This document shows, piece by piece, positions 38,670 through 49,038 of a DNA stretch of 64,000 nucleotides. A model generated the notes under the pieces. It had not been told where the DNA came from. It made no database searches and was given only the letters and a program-made list of their open reading frames with translations. Position numbers and translations under genes: made by a program. The DNA is taken from IMG/VR virus record IMGVR_UViG_3300033075_001053, positions 11,497 through 75,496 of that record; one strand, 5' to 3'. Position 1 is the first letter of the stretch. Each line of letters starts with the position of its first letter. Source of the stretch: a virus (lineage: Duplodnaviria > Caudoviricetes).

Positions 38670-39004
38670 GACTATCCCCAGGAGACAGAATCGTACTTTA
38701 TCTGGCAGACAAACCTTTAATAAGGGCGACGATTTTGCGTACCAACTATGAGTACGCCTATGCAAACGGGCTGCGGTTTGACTCTCAGATTCACGAGGGG
38801 GGGGTGCTTCGGATGCACAACAAGCCTGGACAAAACGAAACCATTCGTCGAAGCTGGAGGATTTACAAAGACAATCCCTCCTATCAGTGGCGAAAAGACG
38901 ATGGGGTGGACACCATGGTAGCCTCACGCGAACAGTATGTCTCTGTCCTTAACGCAGTTATGGAGGAACGTCGTCAAAAACTCATGGACTCAGATCTCTT
39001 GTAA
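38666..39004 (+). CDS. Hypothetical protein (112 aa)
   Basis: ATGA overlap with the methyltransferase stop. Confidence 0.55.
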   Translation: MRLSPGDRIVLYLADKPLIRATILRTNYEYAYANGLRFDSQIHEGGVLRMHNKPGQNETIRRSWRIYKDNPSYQWRKDDGVDTMVASREQYVSVLNAVMEERRQKLMDSDLL

Positions 39005-39040
39005 GCGACGTATTTTTGGTATAACTATTTGGGATATCCT

Positions 39041-41320
39041 ATGTTGCCAGAAGTAATGCCACCGCCAGAAAAGAAAACCCCGGTTGATCCACTCAACTTG
39101 TGGGCAGAGCACTATGATCAGAATCTTGCTCTGATGGATCAAAACAATCCCGACAAGAAGGTTCCGCAGTCAGCCAAACAAAATGTGCCCGATGGTACCA
39201 ACATGTCCGCTACAGAATGGAAACCGGAAGTTGCCCCGACCCCGGACGTTGTGTACGACCCGAAGACCAACCAAACATCGAAGCCGGCGGAAGTTACTCA
39301 AGCACAAGGAAGTCTTCTCAAAAAGATTAACGACGGAGAGTACAAGACACCCTACGGATACACAATCTTTCGTAAAGCTGATGGGAATGTGTACTATAGA
39401 GATGATAATGGAGAAGAATTTCGTCCTGGTGACACGCCGGAAAATGACGAGATTATTGCAGCTTTTGAAAAAGCCAATCCTCTAAAACCCCTGGCCGTTC
39501 CGAAAGGCCGGGACGGGGCACTATACACTCCGGTTAAAATCGGCGATAAAGAACAGCACTTACGTTACAGTGATGGGAATCTTATTTCCTACGACCCCGC
39601 CAGAGGGCCTGTTGTGCTGAACGGATCTTCTATTATGTCCGCCGATCCTAAGATCAAAGAGATGTACGCCGCTGGTCTTAAAGAAGACGATAAGAAATAT
39701 GGGTATGAGGGGACTAATTGGGAGGACTATACAGCAGATCACGTTGACTGGACGAAGTATCAGACCAACCCTGATTATGCAAAGAAACTCATTGGGCAGA
39801 CATTAGGCAACCCGATGACTTGGGAAGAGAATTATAATGCGATGGTCGATCACGTCTATGAAAATGTCTTCAAGCCACAAGTAGACGAGCAGATTAAACT
39901 CAATGAAAGACTGGTCGCTGAGGCCAATAATACCACTTCGGGAGTGCAGGACCCAAATCCTACTCCTGGGGTATTAAAATCCGGGCAGTCTATCAGCAAC
40001 ACAACATCCGAGAAGGAAGCCAACACCTTACAGGAAAAGAAGCTCTCTTATTTTCAAGCTCGTCAGAATGCAGAGATGCAAGTAATGGCTGACTTTGCTG
40101 CGAATAATATGGGCAAAGAGCAGCTCGGAGAAAAAGGAAAAGAAGTTGCTGCCGATGTTATGAAGAAGTGGAACACAGACACCTTTCTTAATACACTAAA
40201 TGGTGTGGCCCAAAGCGACTTAAACCCACAAGAGAAAAAAGCTTTACTTAATCAGCTTAATCAGAAGTTCAAACCAAATGTAATTCGGCAAGAATTCATG
40301 ATGAACGGCGGGAAGTCGCCCGATCCGGAGGCGTGGAATAAGTTTGTAGACGACAAGCTCGGCCCGATTGCGAAATTAATGGGATATGACCCTGAAGATC
40401 TGCGGATGAAGGTAAGAGGAACTGATGTAGGATCCAGCGTTCCGGACGCCTTTGTGATGAACCGACATTTCTCGAACGAAGGCTACCGGTCGTTCTCCAA
40501 CAGCAAACAGCTACAAAATGCGACGTCGAAAAATCCAGGTGTAGCGGGTGCGTGGAACGGCTACACCGGAACCCATGCTTTGCTTAAGACGGCGCTCGAT
40601 GATATCTCTACCGCAAGGGTCAATCCTCGCGAACAACAAGGTTTAATTATTGGTCTTCTTGGCCGAGTTACTGATAACAAGGTTGACCCCGTTATGGCTT
40701 CAACGAAAATAGGAATGGCTATTCGTCAAAATTGGATGAGCCAACCGGAGGCCGAGCGTGAGCAGAGAGCAAAGACCATTATGACTAATGTTGCGATTAA
40801 TGCGTACAATAGTGCAAAGAAGCTCATGGATGAAGGCAAGATGACCACGACCGAAGGACAGACGGTGATACAAGGAATGCTTGGTCCTGATTTCAAGCTT
40901 TCGACCGCTGATCCCAAGAATGCAGCTATAATGCACAAGAACCCTGTAACCCAAGATTATGAGGTAGTAACCGCCGATCATCTTGGCCAAACGATTAACG
41001 ATCTGTATCGAACAACCGCCAACGGATCACACAATACAGGAGCCGTAATTGCCAGAGCGGCCCAGATGTTCGCTAAGACAGGAGATATTGACGACGGCTT
41101 TATTCAAAGTGGTGGGCACTTGATTCTCAAACCACTTGCTGCGGAGTTCAAAGAGGTAGTTAAAAACACTCCGGAGATGAAACAAATCGGCAGCAAGATC
41201 AGCGCCGGAGCCTTGACCAATTACGGCGGCGATAGAGTTTTGCTCCAACAACAAGCCGAAGAGGCGGCGGCGCAGGCAGCTCTCGGACAGATGTCTAAAG
41301 TATCTATGGTTCGACCTTAA
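39041..41320 (+). CDS. Putative internal virion/ejection protein (759 aa)
   Basis: Helical, Q/N/K-rich, between tail genes and the giant protein; ATG 39041 preferred over TTG 39029. Confidence 0.5.
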   Translation: MLPEVMPPPEKKTPVDPLNLWAEHYDQNLALMDQNNPDKKVPQSAKQNVPDGTNMSATEWKPEVAPTPDVVYDPKTNQTSKPAEVTQAQGSLLKKINDGEYKTPYGYTIFRKADGNVYYRDDNGEEFRPGDTPENDEIIAAFEKANPLKPLAVPKGRDGALYTPVKIGDKEQHLRYSDGNLISYDPARGPVVLNGSSIMSADPKIKEMYAAGLKEDDKKYGYEGTNWEDYTADHVDWTKYQTNPDYAKKLIGQTLGNPMTWEENYNAMVDHVYENVFKPQVDEQIKLNERLVAEANNTTSGVQDPNPTPGVLKSGQSISNTTSEKEANTLQEKKLSYFQARQNAEMQVMADFAANNMGKEQLGEKGKEVAADVMKKWNTDTFLNTLNGVAQSDLNPQEKKALLNQLNQKFKPNVIRQEFMMNGGKSPDPEAWNKFVDDKLGPIAKLMGYDPEDLRMKVRGTDVGSSVPDAFVMNRHFSNEGYRSFSNSKQLQNATSKNPGVAGAWNGYTGTHALLKTALDDISTARVNPREQQGLIIGLLGRVTDNKVDPVMASTKIGMAIRQNWMSQPEAEREQRAKTIMTNVAINAYNSAKKLMDEGKMTTTEGQTVIQGMLGPDFKLSTADPKNAAIMHKNPVTQDYEVVTADHLGQTINDLYRTTANGSHNTGAVIARAAQMFAKTGDIDDGFIQSGGHLILKPLAAEFKEVVKNTPEMKQIGSKISAGALTNYGGDRVLLQQQAEEAAAQAALGQMSKVSMVRP

Positions 41321-44300
41321 TGATAGGTGATTATCTCACAGCGGCGTTTCTTGAACAGGTCAAACCAGGTCTGTCCGGGTGGGATGTGCCTAAACAAACC
41401 GATGGTTTCGGTGGTTTCAACGTAAACTCAATTCTTGGCAATCAACAGGACGAGCAGAGAATCCTCGGTACACAGAAAAAGACCGACACTCTTGGCAATA
41501 TTGGCTACGGACTTCTTGACGTTCCGCGTAAGGTCGCTGAAGTCGCTGCCGATATTCAGAAGATCCCTTACTTCGGACCGATAGCTTCAGTTCTTTTGGC
41601 CTCTACAGGAGCGGCTGGCCTTACACAATCAGAGAGAGCCTCATCGTTAATCCGCCGCGCCCAGGACGAAGGTGGGGCAGACAGAAACTCTATTGCCTTT
41701 AAGGTTGGAGAGATGGCTGGTAACGCCACCCTCTTTGCTCTGACAGCCGGAGTGGGAGGCGCGATTGCGGGGTCGGCCTTAGCGGGATCGGCGGCAGCAG
41801 AAACAATCGGAACAGCAGCTCTCGGGACAAGACTTGGGGGGTACCTCTTCGAAGGATTGGGCGGGGCCGAGTTGACGGCTCACGCTCTGGCCTCTGCAGG
41901 GGCAGGCATGGCCACTACTTCTCTTGGTAATTATGAGGCCGTGAAGTCAGGACAGATGGGACTCGGGGAATTCGCGGCTCAAGCTGCGCTTTCGGCTCCG
42001 TTTGCTATGGTTGGGAACGTCGGAGTAAAGGCTTTCAACGCCGGAGTGGGACTTGGCAATAGACTTGCTTTCATGGGCAAGAACGCTCTTGCAGGAAGTA
42101 TCGCCGGTGCAGGCCAGGCGGCCTCAGCCACAGCTCTTTCGGACGTCATTCACGATCAGTCGTTCAGCAATGTTCCTGGTGCAGCGCTTGAAGGCGCGGT
42201 CTTTGGTGCGGCGGGCGGCGGGCTTCTCTCGGCCTTCGGTCGTCGTAATCCACTTCCGGACAAAATCCCTGATGCTGATATTACTCAAGAACCTCCGACA
42301 GGAATTGCTCCGACTGAAGCTCCGACGCAGCCCAAGGCTCCACAAACGGTCGAGAAGACATTGACCCACGGGGAGGTTGCCGACAAGTTCAACAAGACCT
42401 ATGACATCCTCGGACAGATCGACAAGATGGAATCTGCACCGGAGGGTAATGGTCGGTCGGACAAATTTGTCAAGGGAGTCGAAGATGAGTATGGAGTAAA
42501 GAGAGCTCAAGACGAACCGATCAATGACTGGATGCAGCGTGTGGCCGATAAGTCGGCAGCAGAAGGGGAGACTCCTGAGCTGTTCGGAAGTCGTGTCATG
42601 GAGATCGCTAAGGGTGTGGCTCCGGCTAAGGAAGCTCCTATTCCTACGGAAGAGCCGATCAAAGGCGAGCCGGTTCAAAAGCCAATTGAAGAGCCAGTTC
42701 CAGTCGAAGAACCTATTAAAGGCGAGCCGGTAAAGCCAGAAGAACCGATTGTCCCGCCGGAACAAATCAAGCCGGTCGAAGAACCAGTCAAGGCCGAGCC
42801 GAGAGATATTGCGGACGTTCTCACGGACATCACTAAAGACGTTGATGATTTAATGTACGGCGGTGGTAGAGAAGAGGTCAACAAGCTTCCAAGTGATCCG
42901 GACTTCATGAAGAAGATGGACGAGGCTCGTAGTATTCTCGATGCTATGCCTGATGGAGTTCGAAAGGAACACTACCGCAAGACGCTTGCTGACATTGAGG
43001 AATATATTTCAAGACCTCCTAAACCAGTTCAAGAACCAAAGTCGTACGATCCAGAAGAACAGATCCGCAAGGAGCTTAACAATCCTGAGAAGCTAAACTT
43101 GCCCGAACATGAGTTTACCGGAACAAAGGATAACGCCGGCAATCATCACTATGATGATGTGTATGATTTGGCTAAAGACCTTGGTCTTACAGAGACCGGC
43201 TACGCTCCGCTATTCGAGTGGTTGAAAGGCAAGGAAGTAAGAGGAACCGTACTTGGCAAAGCCAAGGGCAGTGTTCGTGGTCAGTACATTATGGGGTGGA
43301 CCGGAAGGTACGTGAAGGATCAATTGCCAAGAGGCAGTAATGGATATTTTGAACCCGAACCAAGTAGATCTATTTCTGTTGACAGAGCTACCCCGGCAAG
43401 TACTCTTGTTCATGAGGCCATTCACGCGATTATCGATTTATCAGGAGCAAAGCAAAAGTCAGAATTTCGCCACGAGCTCACCAGAGTCAGATCGGAAGTA
43501 ACTGAGGCTATTACCAATAGTCTGAAAAAACTCAAAAATCTTCCAGAACATCCGATTATGGGTTTGGAAGAAGCCGCTCGTATTCGGGCCGAACTACACA
43601 TGGATCCGGAGCTGGCTGCCCATATCCGCGATCAGCTACACGCAAATCCGGAAGAGCTGGTGGCCTGGGTGTTCTCTAACAAAGAGTTTGCCCAATACTT
43701 AGATACTATTCCGTCGGACGTTCTTAATCCACAAGGAATGACCGAGACTTTGTGGGGCAGAATCAAGCGAGTCGTTCTTTCCTTCATCGGAAAGGAAACC
43801 GGACTTAGCGGAACGAAGCTTGACGAGATTATGCTGATCATGGACAAATACGCTGGCATTGACAAAGGTGCCGAAGGTGAGCCATGGAAGTTTGCGACAG
43901 TTTCAGATATGTTAAAGGATTATGGAGTCACAGATGCAGGGACGCAGTACGCAGCAAAGTACAGAAAGAAAGGACCAGATGAAACAGCAGTTGAAGAATG
44001 GAACAGAAAAGTTAGAGCTGGACAGGCTGACGATGAAGCAAATGCAGGCGGGACTACCGTACCGCCACGCCCGGAAGATAGCCCTGCAGCAGCTAAAACC
44101 ATCGATGAAATTGCCAAGCAGTACGGACTCACAAGAAAAGATGTTCGAGACTTTTTAGACTCGGAAGGGATTCCTTATCCAAAAAGAAAACTCGCCGAGC
44201 TTGACCCGGAGACTATTGCTAAGATCGCCGACAGATTCGCCGGTAAGGAAAAGACTATTACCGATGATGACATTCTTCCGTACTACGAGGACTTTCAATC

Positions 44301-47300
44301 CAGAGTAGATGCTGGCGAGGACTACGATAAAGTCTTCTCTGAGATTAAAGGGAAGGTAAAGAAGGATCTTGGTGACAAGTACAGTGAGTTTTTTGCCGAC
44401 AAAATTAATCGCGATGCTCTTGGTATTGATACTTATGGCAATCACCCTGATCTTGGTGGCGGGGAGCCGGAGGAGTCTACTACAGAGGGAATTGCTACAG
44501 GTCCGACCGAGAAGCCAAAATACATTTCACAAGAGAGACCAAAAGAAAATCTCACCACTCGTGACCTACTTACAAAGGCAGCCAAAGGTGTGGCCGAGAG
44601 AACTGAGCTGGTCAAGAAGTTAGTAGACGTCCGCCAGACCCCTTATAATTCCGCAGAGTATAAGGCGAAAATCCTCGAGTTGCAGAAACACGCTTCTACA
44701 CTGAAGGGCGAGGCCCGTGATGCGCTCAATCAAATTCTCGATGACAGAATACAGCGCGATTACATTGGCAATCTTGCCAACGGTCTAAGCGAGGCGGACA
44801 TTCTACGTGGTGTAGAAAAGGACTGGAGAAACGAAGCTCGAAGAATCAACCGGGAAACGGGAGCCCCTCCTGGATCCTTTGAACACGTTACCGAGCGAGC
44901 TCCGATAAAGGGCGGTGCGCTTCGGGATCTTCCGGAGAACTGGGAGAAGATGAGCGCCGAGGAGTTAAGCGGAGTGATTGGAAAGACCAAGGAAGTAGCG
45001 GAGCTCATTAAAAAGACCGCCCCGAATCTTTACTCTGATGCCTTCCTCTTTGGTCCGATGAAGGAGATCTGGAAGAAGTATCCTCAGACTCGCATGATGA
45101 TCGGATCGGCGGCGGCGCGTCTTGGTACAGAGTTCATGGACGATGACGAGACGTACTTCGGACATAAAGGACGAGAGTGGAAGCGTCTGGCTGATATGGG
45201 CGTCTTAGCAGGAGCGGCCTTTGCCGGTGGAGTTTCAGCCTACAGCAAAATCGCAAAGTGGGCCAACCCCTATTCTCCTCTTGACGTCTTGACTGACGCC
45301 ATTAAACCTAATTTCTGGAAGAAGGGTGGGGACACTAAAGCTTCTTCTGCGTTGCGGATTGCTGCGTACGTCAAGAAGGAAATGGAAGGCTTTGCCGGGA
45401 CTGACGCCGAACGTGAGGCTATGGCCGCAGCTCTTACCAAGAGAGCTCGTGAGATCATGAAGTCGGATAGGGTTTCAAAGGCCGGGGATCTGACCATTAC
45501 CGAGGTAGAGAATCCCGATTTTGCAAAGTTCATGACCATCAGAGACAAGGTCGTCGACCCGACGTCACAGCGACTCAACGCCGACATGAAGGATGATTGG
45601 GACGCCGTTCACGGTAAGCTTGGAGGTCAACAGGTGGCCGCGATTAAAGACGGGCTTGAGAGATTCAATGCTCTTCAAAAGGGTGGGGCCACACAAGACG
45701 AGGCCAGAGCTACTGTATTAAAGGAGCTTGGAGCCAAGTGGGGCCCTGGAGTGACTCGAGAATTTACCAAGGCATCCAAAGGTGAGAAGTGGAACGTCGC
45801 CCCGAAGCCAGAGGATATGGAGCGGGTGGCTCTCACGGTTGCAAAGGTTCGCTCTGACCTGGATAAGATCAGAACCCAAGTCTCGAAAATGTACGAAGGG
45901 ATGAAGAAGGACTTCATCATTGCCATGGATGACTACAACAAAACCGGTGTAGCAAATTCCATGGTCAAGAACATTGTCGACTTCATTAATCAAACGAAGC
46001 TTCAGGCAATGAAGGATGATCCAATCCTTTCACTCTTCCCTCAATTACACAAGAACGGCCCTATTTCACGAGAGGAATGGGAGCCGGTGTTTGATGCGTG
46101 GGCTTCCGATAATCTCCGTGAGCGGACGGCAGATTATGTTTCTCGCATTCGGAAGAACTACTTCGAGGATAGGCCGGATCTTTTTGACAAGTACAACGAA
46201 GTCAGAGACGCTATCAACTTTCAGTCTGAAAAGGGAATTCGTCTGGCTCAAGGGAAGATTATCGGGATGGAGAATCCTGATCCGAATCAAGTACCTGCGG
46301 CCTTTAACGAATTCTACCATACCTATTCCAAGAACAAGGCTGAGTATGATGATCTTGTCAAACAAGCCAAGGTCATGGATAAGAACAGCGATGAGTACCT
46401 GGCTGCCAAAGCTCAAATCAAAGTCATGGCTGCCTCACTTCGCACGATGGCCGGCAAGATCAAAGCCTACAGTAATCTTGACAACATCCGTCAAATGTCT
46501 CCGGAGATTCAGTATCTAAATACTGAACTCGGACACGGACGAGGAGAATTCGTAGTACGGTGGGGGAAGACCGATGAAGATCCAGGCTCAATGAAGAGAT
46601 TCGAGTCGGCCCGCGCTCGGGCGTCGTGGCTGGCTTCGCCCGAAGGAGCTCAAGCCCGTGAGTGGCTGAAGGCAACAGGCACCACGCTTGACACCCCGGT
46701 ACCCAAGAAGATGTCGGAGTACTGGAGAAGATCCGATGAGGACGTTGAGAACATTGTAAAGATGAGCGAGATGATCGCCGGGGGAGATATGCCGGTCGAC
46801 GTCAAGCTTCAAACAATTATCGATGCAGTGAACTCTTCTCCTCGGACTGTCCGAGAAGCTTTCAAGGAATGGATGGCCCGCGCACAAGAGGTCAAAGACA
46901 GAACAACCTTAATCCCACGAAACAAGGACAAGGTTTTAAGCGACATCAATGGAGTAGTGGCTGATGGTATTGCTATCTGGAATGGATACGGTCCGACCAA
47001 ACACTTCATGGGAAGAACCGGTGTTAAGGGATGGATGCCAAAGACCGGACAAGAAGCCTTAATGTTCCTGGATGAAACCCACGCTATGATGCAGCATGAG
47101 ATAGCCGATGGGTACGGAAAGACTGCGCTGCAGAATTACTACGTTAAGGAACTTCGCCGAGTAAGAGAGCTTGGACTTCAGCCTGAGTATCAGAAATTCC
47201 TCGAGAGAAAGTTAGACATGACCGTCTCTCCGCGAAACATGGAGTCTTCCAATGCTTTAGGCTGGAAGGTGTCTAATTCTGTTCGAAGCTTTCTTTCCTC

Positions 47301-49038
47301 TACTTTGATGGGACTGCCGAACTTTACCGCTCCGGTGAAGAACCTAATCGAAGGTGGCGGGAACGCCTCGGCAGAGCTGGCCCGGCTTCAGTCAGAAATT
47401 AACGGAAGCTCCCCGACGTTTTGGTCGGCTCCGAATATCGTTGATAAGGTAATCAAGAGTCACATCAACAATTACAGTGGTGATCTTAAGACGGTCTTTG
47501 ATACCCTTTCGGGTCAGCACTTCTGGGACGCACAGTTTACCAAGCACACTACTCAAGGCAACAGAAGTGGTGAGCGGGCAATGAAGATTCTGGATAAGTC
47601 TTTGATCCTTCAGTCGTGGGTCGAATCGAATAACCGTATGATGAGTGCTATGGCAGCCGCGGACGTGTGGCTCAAGGCTCACAAGGGTGATGTTGAGGGA
47701 GCTTTGCAAGTAGCCCGTCGGACCACAAGAAGAAGCCAAGGATACTTTACTTCTGATGCCATGCTCACGCCGGAGTATATCCTGAATTCTAATCCAGTGA
47801 CGAGCATGCTCATGCCACTGTTCGCGGCAGCGGCCAGAGCTACGATGCACTACATGTCATTCCCGGTTGAGTTCTACCGCTCTCCCTCTGCCGCGGCCTT
47901 GCGTCCGATGATGTCAGCGGTGGCCACAATGGTGGCTTTAGGAGGCGCGGCCAATGTAGCTTTGACCGGCGACGCACTGAATCTTCTCAAAGGGGCTCAG
48001 CTACTATCGGCGTGGGTTTCCGGGGAGGACCCCCAAGCGATCTTAAACGAATCTCCACAAGAAGACTGGAAGCGGACTGCCCAAGGGTGGGCTAAGTCAC
48101 TCGGAGTCGGAGAGGAATTAGGGGGGCTAATCTACGACAACACCATGGATGGCCTGGTGTCAACGGCAACAGGAAAGAATCTGCAGCTCGGTAAGACCTT
48201 GACAGGAATGGTTCCTTCTGTTCTGGTGAACAGAATTTCCGACTACGCTCGGGGAGTGAAGGGAGACGCTACGACAGAAGAGAAAGTAATGCGGTGGGCT
48301 AATATTCTGGGAGGTCCGGGTTGGCAGCGCTTCGCCCGTGTTACGATGGAACTTGATAAGGGTAGCTACGTTGATTCGAAAGGTGGGACACTTGACCGCC
48401 CGTATTCTTCGGGTGACGCAATCATGGAGCTCTTACTTGGTCGGGACTTAAAAGATTTCAAAGCTTCGGAGAGAGACTACCAAAAAGGTGGGTATATGTA
48501 CGGGCAGATGGACGTCAAGAAGTTCGTCAGCCGACTCGAAGGAATTCCTGGAATTAAACTCAACCCTCGCTTCAATGCGTACATGATAGGTGACGTAAAG
48601 GCCGCCAATGATTTTCGTTACTCAATGCTGCGCTCGGCTCCAGGGTATGCTGATCAAGCTGAGCACGACAAACAAAGAGTAGAAGAGTGGCTTGCTTCAC
48701 CAAATGGGCAGAAGTTTGTGGCCCTGCGGTCTAAGTCAATGGGTCCTGACGGACAACCATTGACTCAGTACGGCAAGGCTGGTGGTGGAGAGGAGAAGGT
48801 GAAGAAGGAGGCTCTTAGCTTAATCGACAAATACTACGCTGCGGTGACATTCCTTGATGCCAGCGATAACTTACGACGGGCGGGTTACAATGACATCCCT
48901 GGTGTTTTTCACGGCGCTTCTACTGCCGCTGAGGCGAAGCAGTTTGACCGGCAAATGATTCTTGGGAAGTGGATCGTGTCTCAACTTCGTTCTGAACAGA
49001 GCGATGTGAAACATGGGCTGGATTACCTACCTCGGTAG
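41320..49038 (+). CDS. Giant ejection/cargo protein (2572 aa) with zincin-like HExxH motif
   Basis: Gly/Ala amphipathic N-terminus, Pro/Glu linker repeats, TLVHEAIHAII...NPEELVAW, C-terminal helical region; last gene of the structural operon. Confidence 0.7.
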   Translation: MIGDYLTAAFLEQVKPGLSGWDVPKQTDGFGGFNVNSILGNQQDEQRILGTQKKTDTLGNIGYGLLDVPRKVAEVAADIQKIPYFGPIASVLLASTGAAGLTQSERASSLIRRAQDEGGADRNSIAFKVGEMAGNATLFALTAGVGGAIAGSALAGSAAAETIGTAALGTRLGGYLFEGLGGAELTAHALASAGAGMATTSLGNYEAVKSGQMGLGEFAAQAALSAPFAMVGNVGVKAFNAGVGLGNRLAFMGKNALAGSIAGAGQAASATALSDVIHDQSFSNVPGAALEGAVFGAAGGGLLSAFGRRNPLPDKIPDADITQEPPTGIAPTEAPTQPKAPQTVEKTLTHGEVADKFNKTYDILGQIDKMESAPEGNGRSDKFVKGVEDEYGVKRAQDEPINDWMQRVADKSAAEGETPELFGSRVMEIAKGVAPAKEAPIPTEEPIKGEPVQKPIEEPVPVEEPIKGEPVKPEEPIVPPEQIKPVEEPVKAEPRDIADVLTDITKDVDDLMYGGGREEVNKLPSDPDFMKKMDEARSILDAMPDGVRKEHYRKTLADIEEYISRPPKPVQEPKSYDPEEQIRKELNNPEKLNLPEHEFTGTKDNAGNHHYDDVYDLAKDLGLTETGYAPLFEWLKGKEVRGTVLGKAKGSVRGQYIMGWTGRYVKDQLPRGSNGYFEPEPSRSISVDRATPASTLVHEAIHAIIDLSGAKQKSEFRHELTRVRSEVTEAITNSLKKLKNLPEHPIMGLEEAARIRAELHMDPELAAHIRDQLHANPEELVAWVFSNKEFAQYLDTIPSDVLNPQGMTETLWGRIKRVVLSFIGKETGLSGTKLDEIMLIMDKYAGIDKGAEGEPWKFATVSDMLKDYGVTDAGTQYAAKYRKKGPDETAVEEWNRKVRAGQADDEANAGGTTVPPRPEDSPAAAKTIDEIAKQYGLTRKDVRDFLDSEGIPYPKRKLAELDPETIAKIADRFAGKEKTITDDDILPYYEDFQSRVDAGEDYDKVFSEIKGKVKKDLGDKYSEFFADKINRDALGIDTYGNHPDLGGGEPEESTTEGIATGPTEKPKYISQERPKENLTTRDLLTKAAKGVAERTELVKKLVDVRQTPYNSAEYKAKILELQKHASTLKGEARDALNQILDDRIQRDYIGNLANGLSEADILRGVEKDWRNEARRINRETGAPPGSFEHVTERAPIKGGALRDLPENWEKMSAEELSGVIGKTKEVAELIKKTAPNLYSDAFLFGPMKEIWKKYPQTRMMIGSAAARLGTEFMDDDETYFGHKGREWKRLADMGVLAGAAFAGGVSAYSKIAKWANPYSPLDVLTDAIKPNFWKKGGDTKASSALRIAAYVKKEMEGFAGTDAEREAMAAALTKRAREIMKSDRVSKAGDLTITEVENPDFAKFMTIRDKVVDPTSQRLNADMKDDWDAVHGKLGGQQVAAIKDGLERFNALQKGGATQDEARATVLKELGAKWGPGVTREFTKASKGEKWNVAPKPEDMERVALTVAKVRSDLDKIRTQVSKMYEGMKKDFIIAMDDYNKTGVANSMVKNIVDFINQTKLQAMKDDPILSLFPQLHKNGPISREEWEPVFDAWASDNLRERTADYVSRIRKNYFEDRPDLFDKYNEVRDAINFQSEKGIRLAQGKIIGMENPDPNQVPAAFNEFYHTYSKNKAEYDDLVKQAKVMDKNSDEYLAAKAQIKVMAASLRTMAGKIKAYSNLDNIRQMSPEIQYLNTELGHGRGEFVVRWGKTDEDPGSMKRFESARARASWLASPEGAQAREWLKATGTTLDTPVPKKMSEYWRRSDEDVENIVKMSEMIAGGDMPVDVKLQTIIDAVNSSPRTVREAFKEWMARAQEVKDRTTLIPRNKDKVLSDINGVVADGIAIWNGYGPTKHFMGRTGVKGWMPKTGQEALMFLDETHAMMQHEIADGYGKTALQNYYVKELRRVRELGLQPEYQKFLERKLDMTVSPRNMESSNALGWKVSNSVRSFLSSTLMGLPNFTAPVKNLIEGGGNASAELARLQSEINGSSPTFWSAPNIVDKVIKSHINNYSGDLKTVFDTLSGQHFWDAQFTKHTTQGNRSGERAMKILDKSLILQSWVESNNRMMSAMAAADVWLKAHKGDVEGALQVARRTTRRSQGYFTSDAMLTPEYILNSNPVTSMLMPLFAAAARATMHYMSFPVEFYRSPSAAALRPMMSAVATMVALGGAANVALTGDALNLLKGAQLLSAWVSGEDPQAILNESPQEDWKRTAQGWAKSLGVGEELGGLIYDNTMDGLVSTATGKNLQLGKTLTGMVPSVLVNRISDYARGVKGDATTEEKVMRWANILGGPGWQRFARVTMELDKGSYVDSKGGTLDRPYSSGDAIMELLLGRDLKDFKASERDYQKGGYMYGQMDVKKFVSRLEGIPGIKLNPRFNAYMIGDVKAANDFRYSMLRSAPGYADQAEHDKQRVEEWLASPNGQKFVALRSKSMGPDGQPLTQYGKAGGGEEKVKKEALSLIDKYYAAVTFLDASDNLRRAGYNDIPGVFHGASTAAEAKQFDRQMILGKWIVSQLRSEQSDVKHGLDYLPR

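Noticed and set aside
38797-38804. G8 homopolymer as a phase-variation switch
   Set aside because: Single tract, frame intact, no evidence of length variation available from one sequence.
207-48000. Numerous 60-230-aa ORFs antisense or out of frame within long genes (for example 9933-10565, 11514-12089, 36634-37317, 42124-42765)
   Set aside because: They shadow well-supported genes and have no recognisable motifs.
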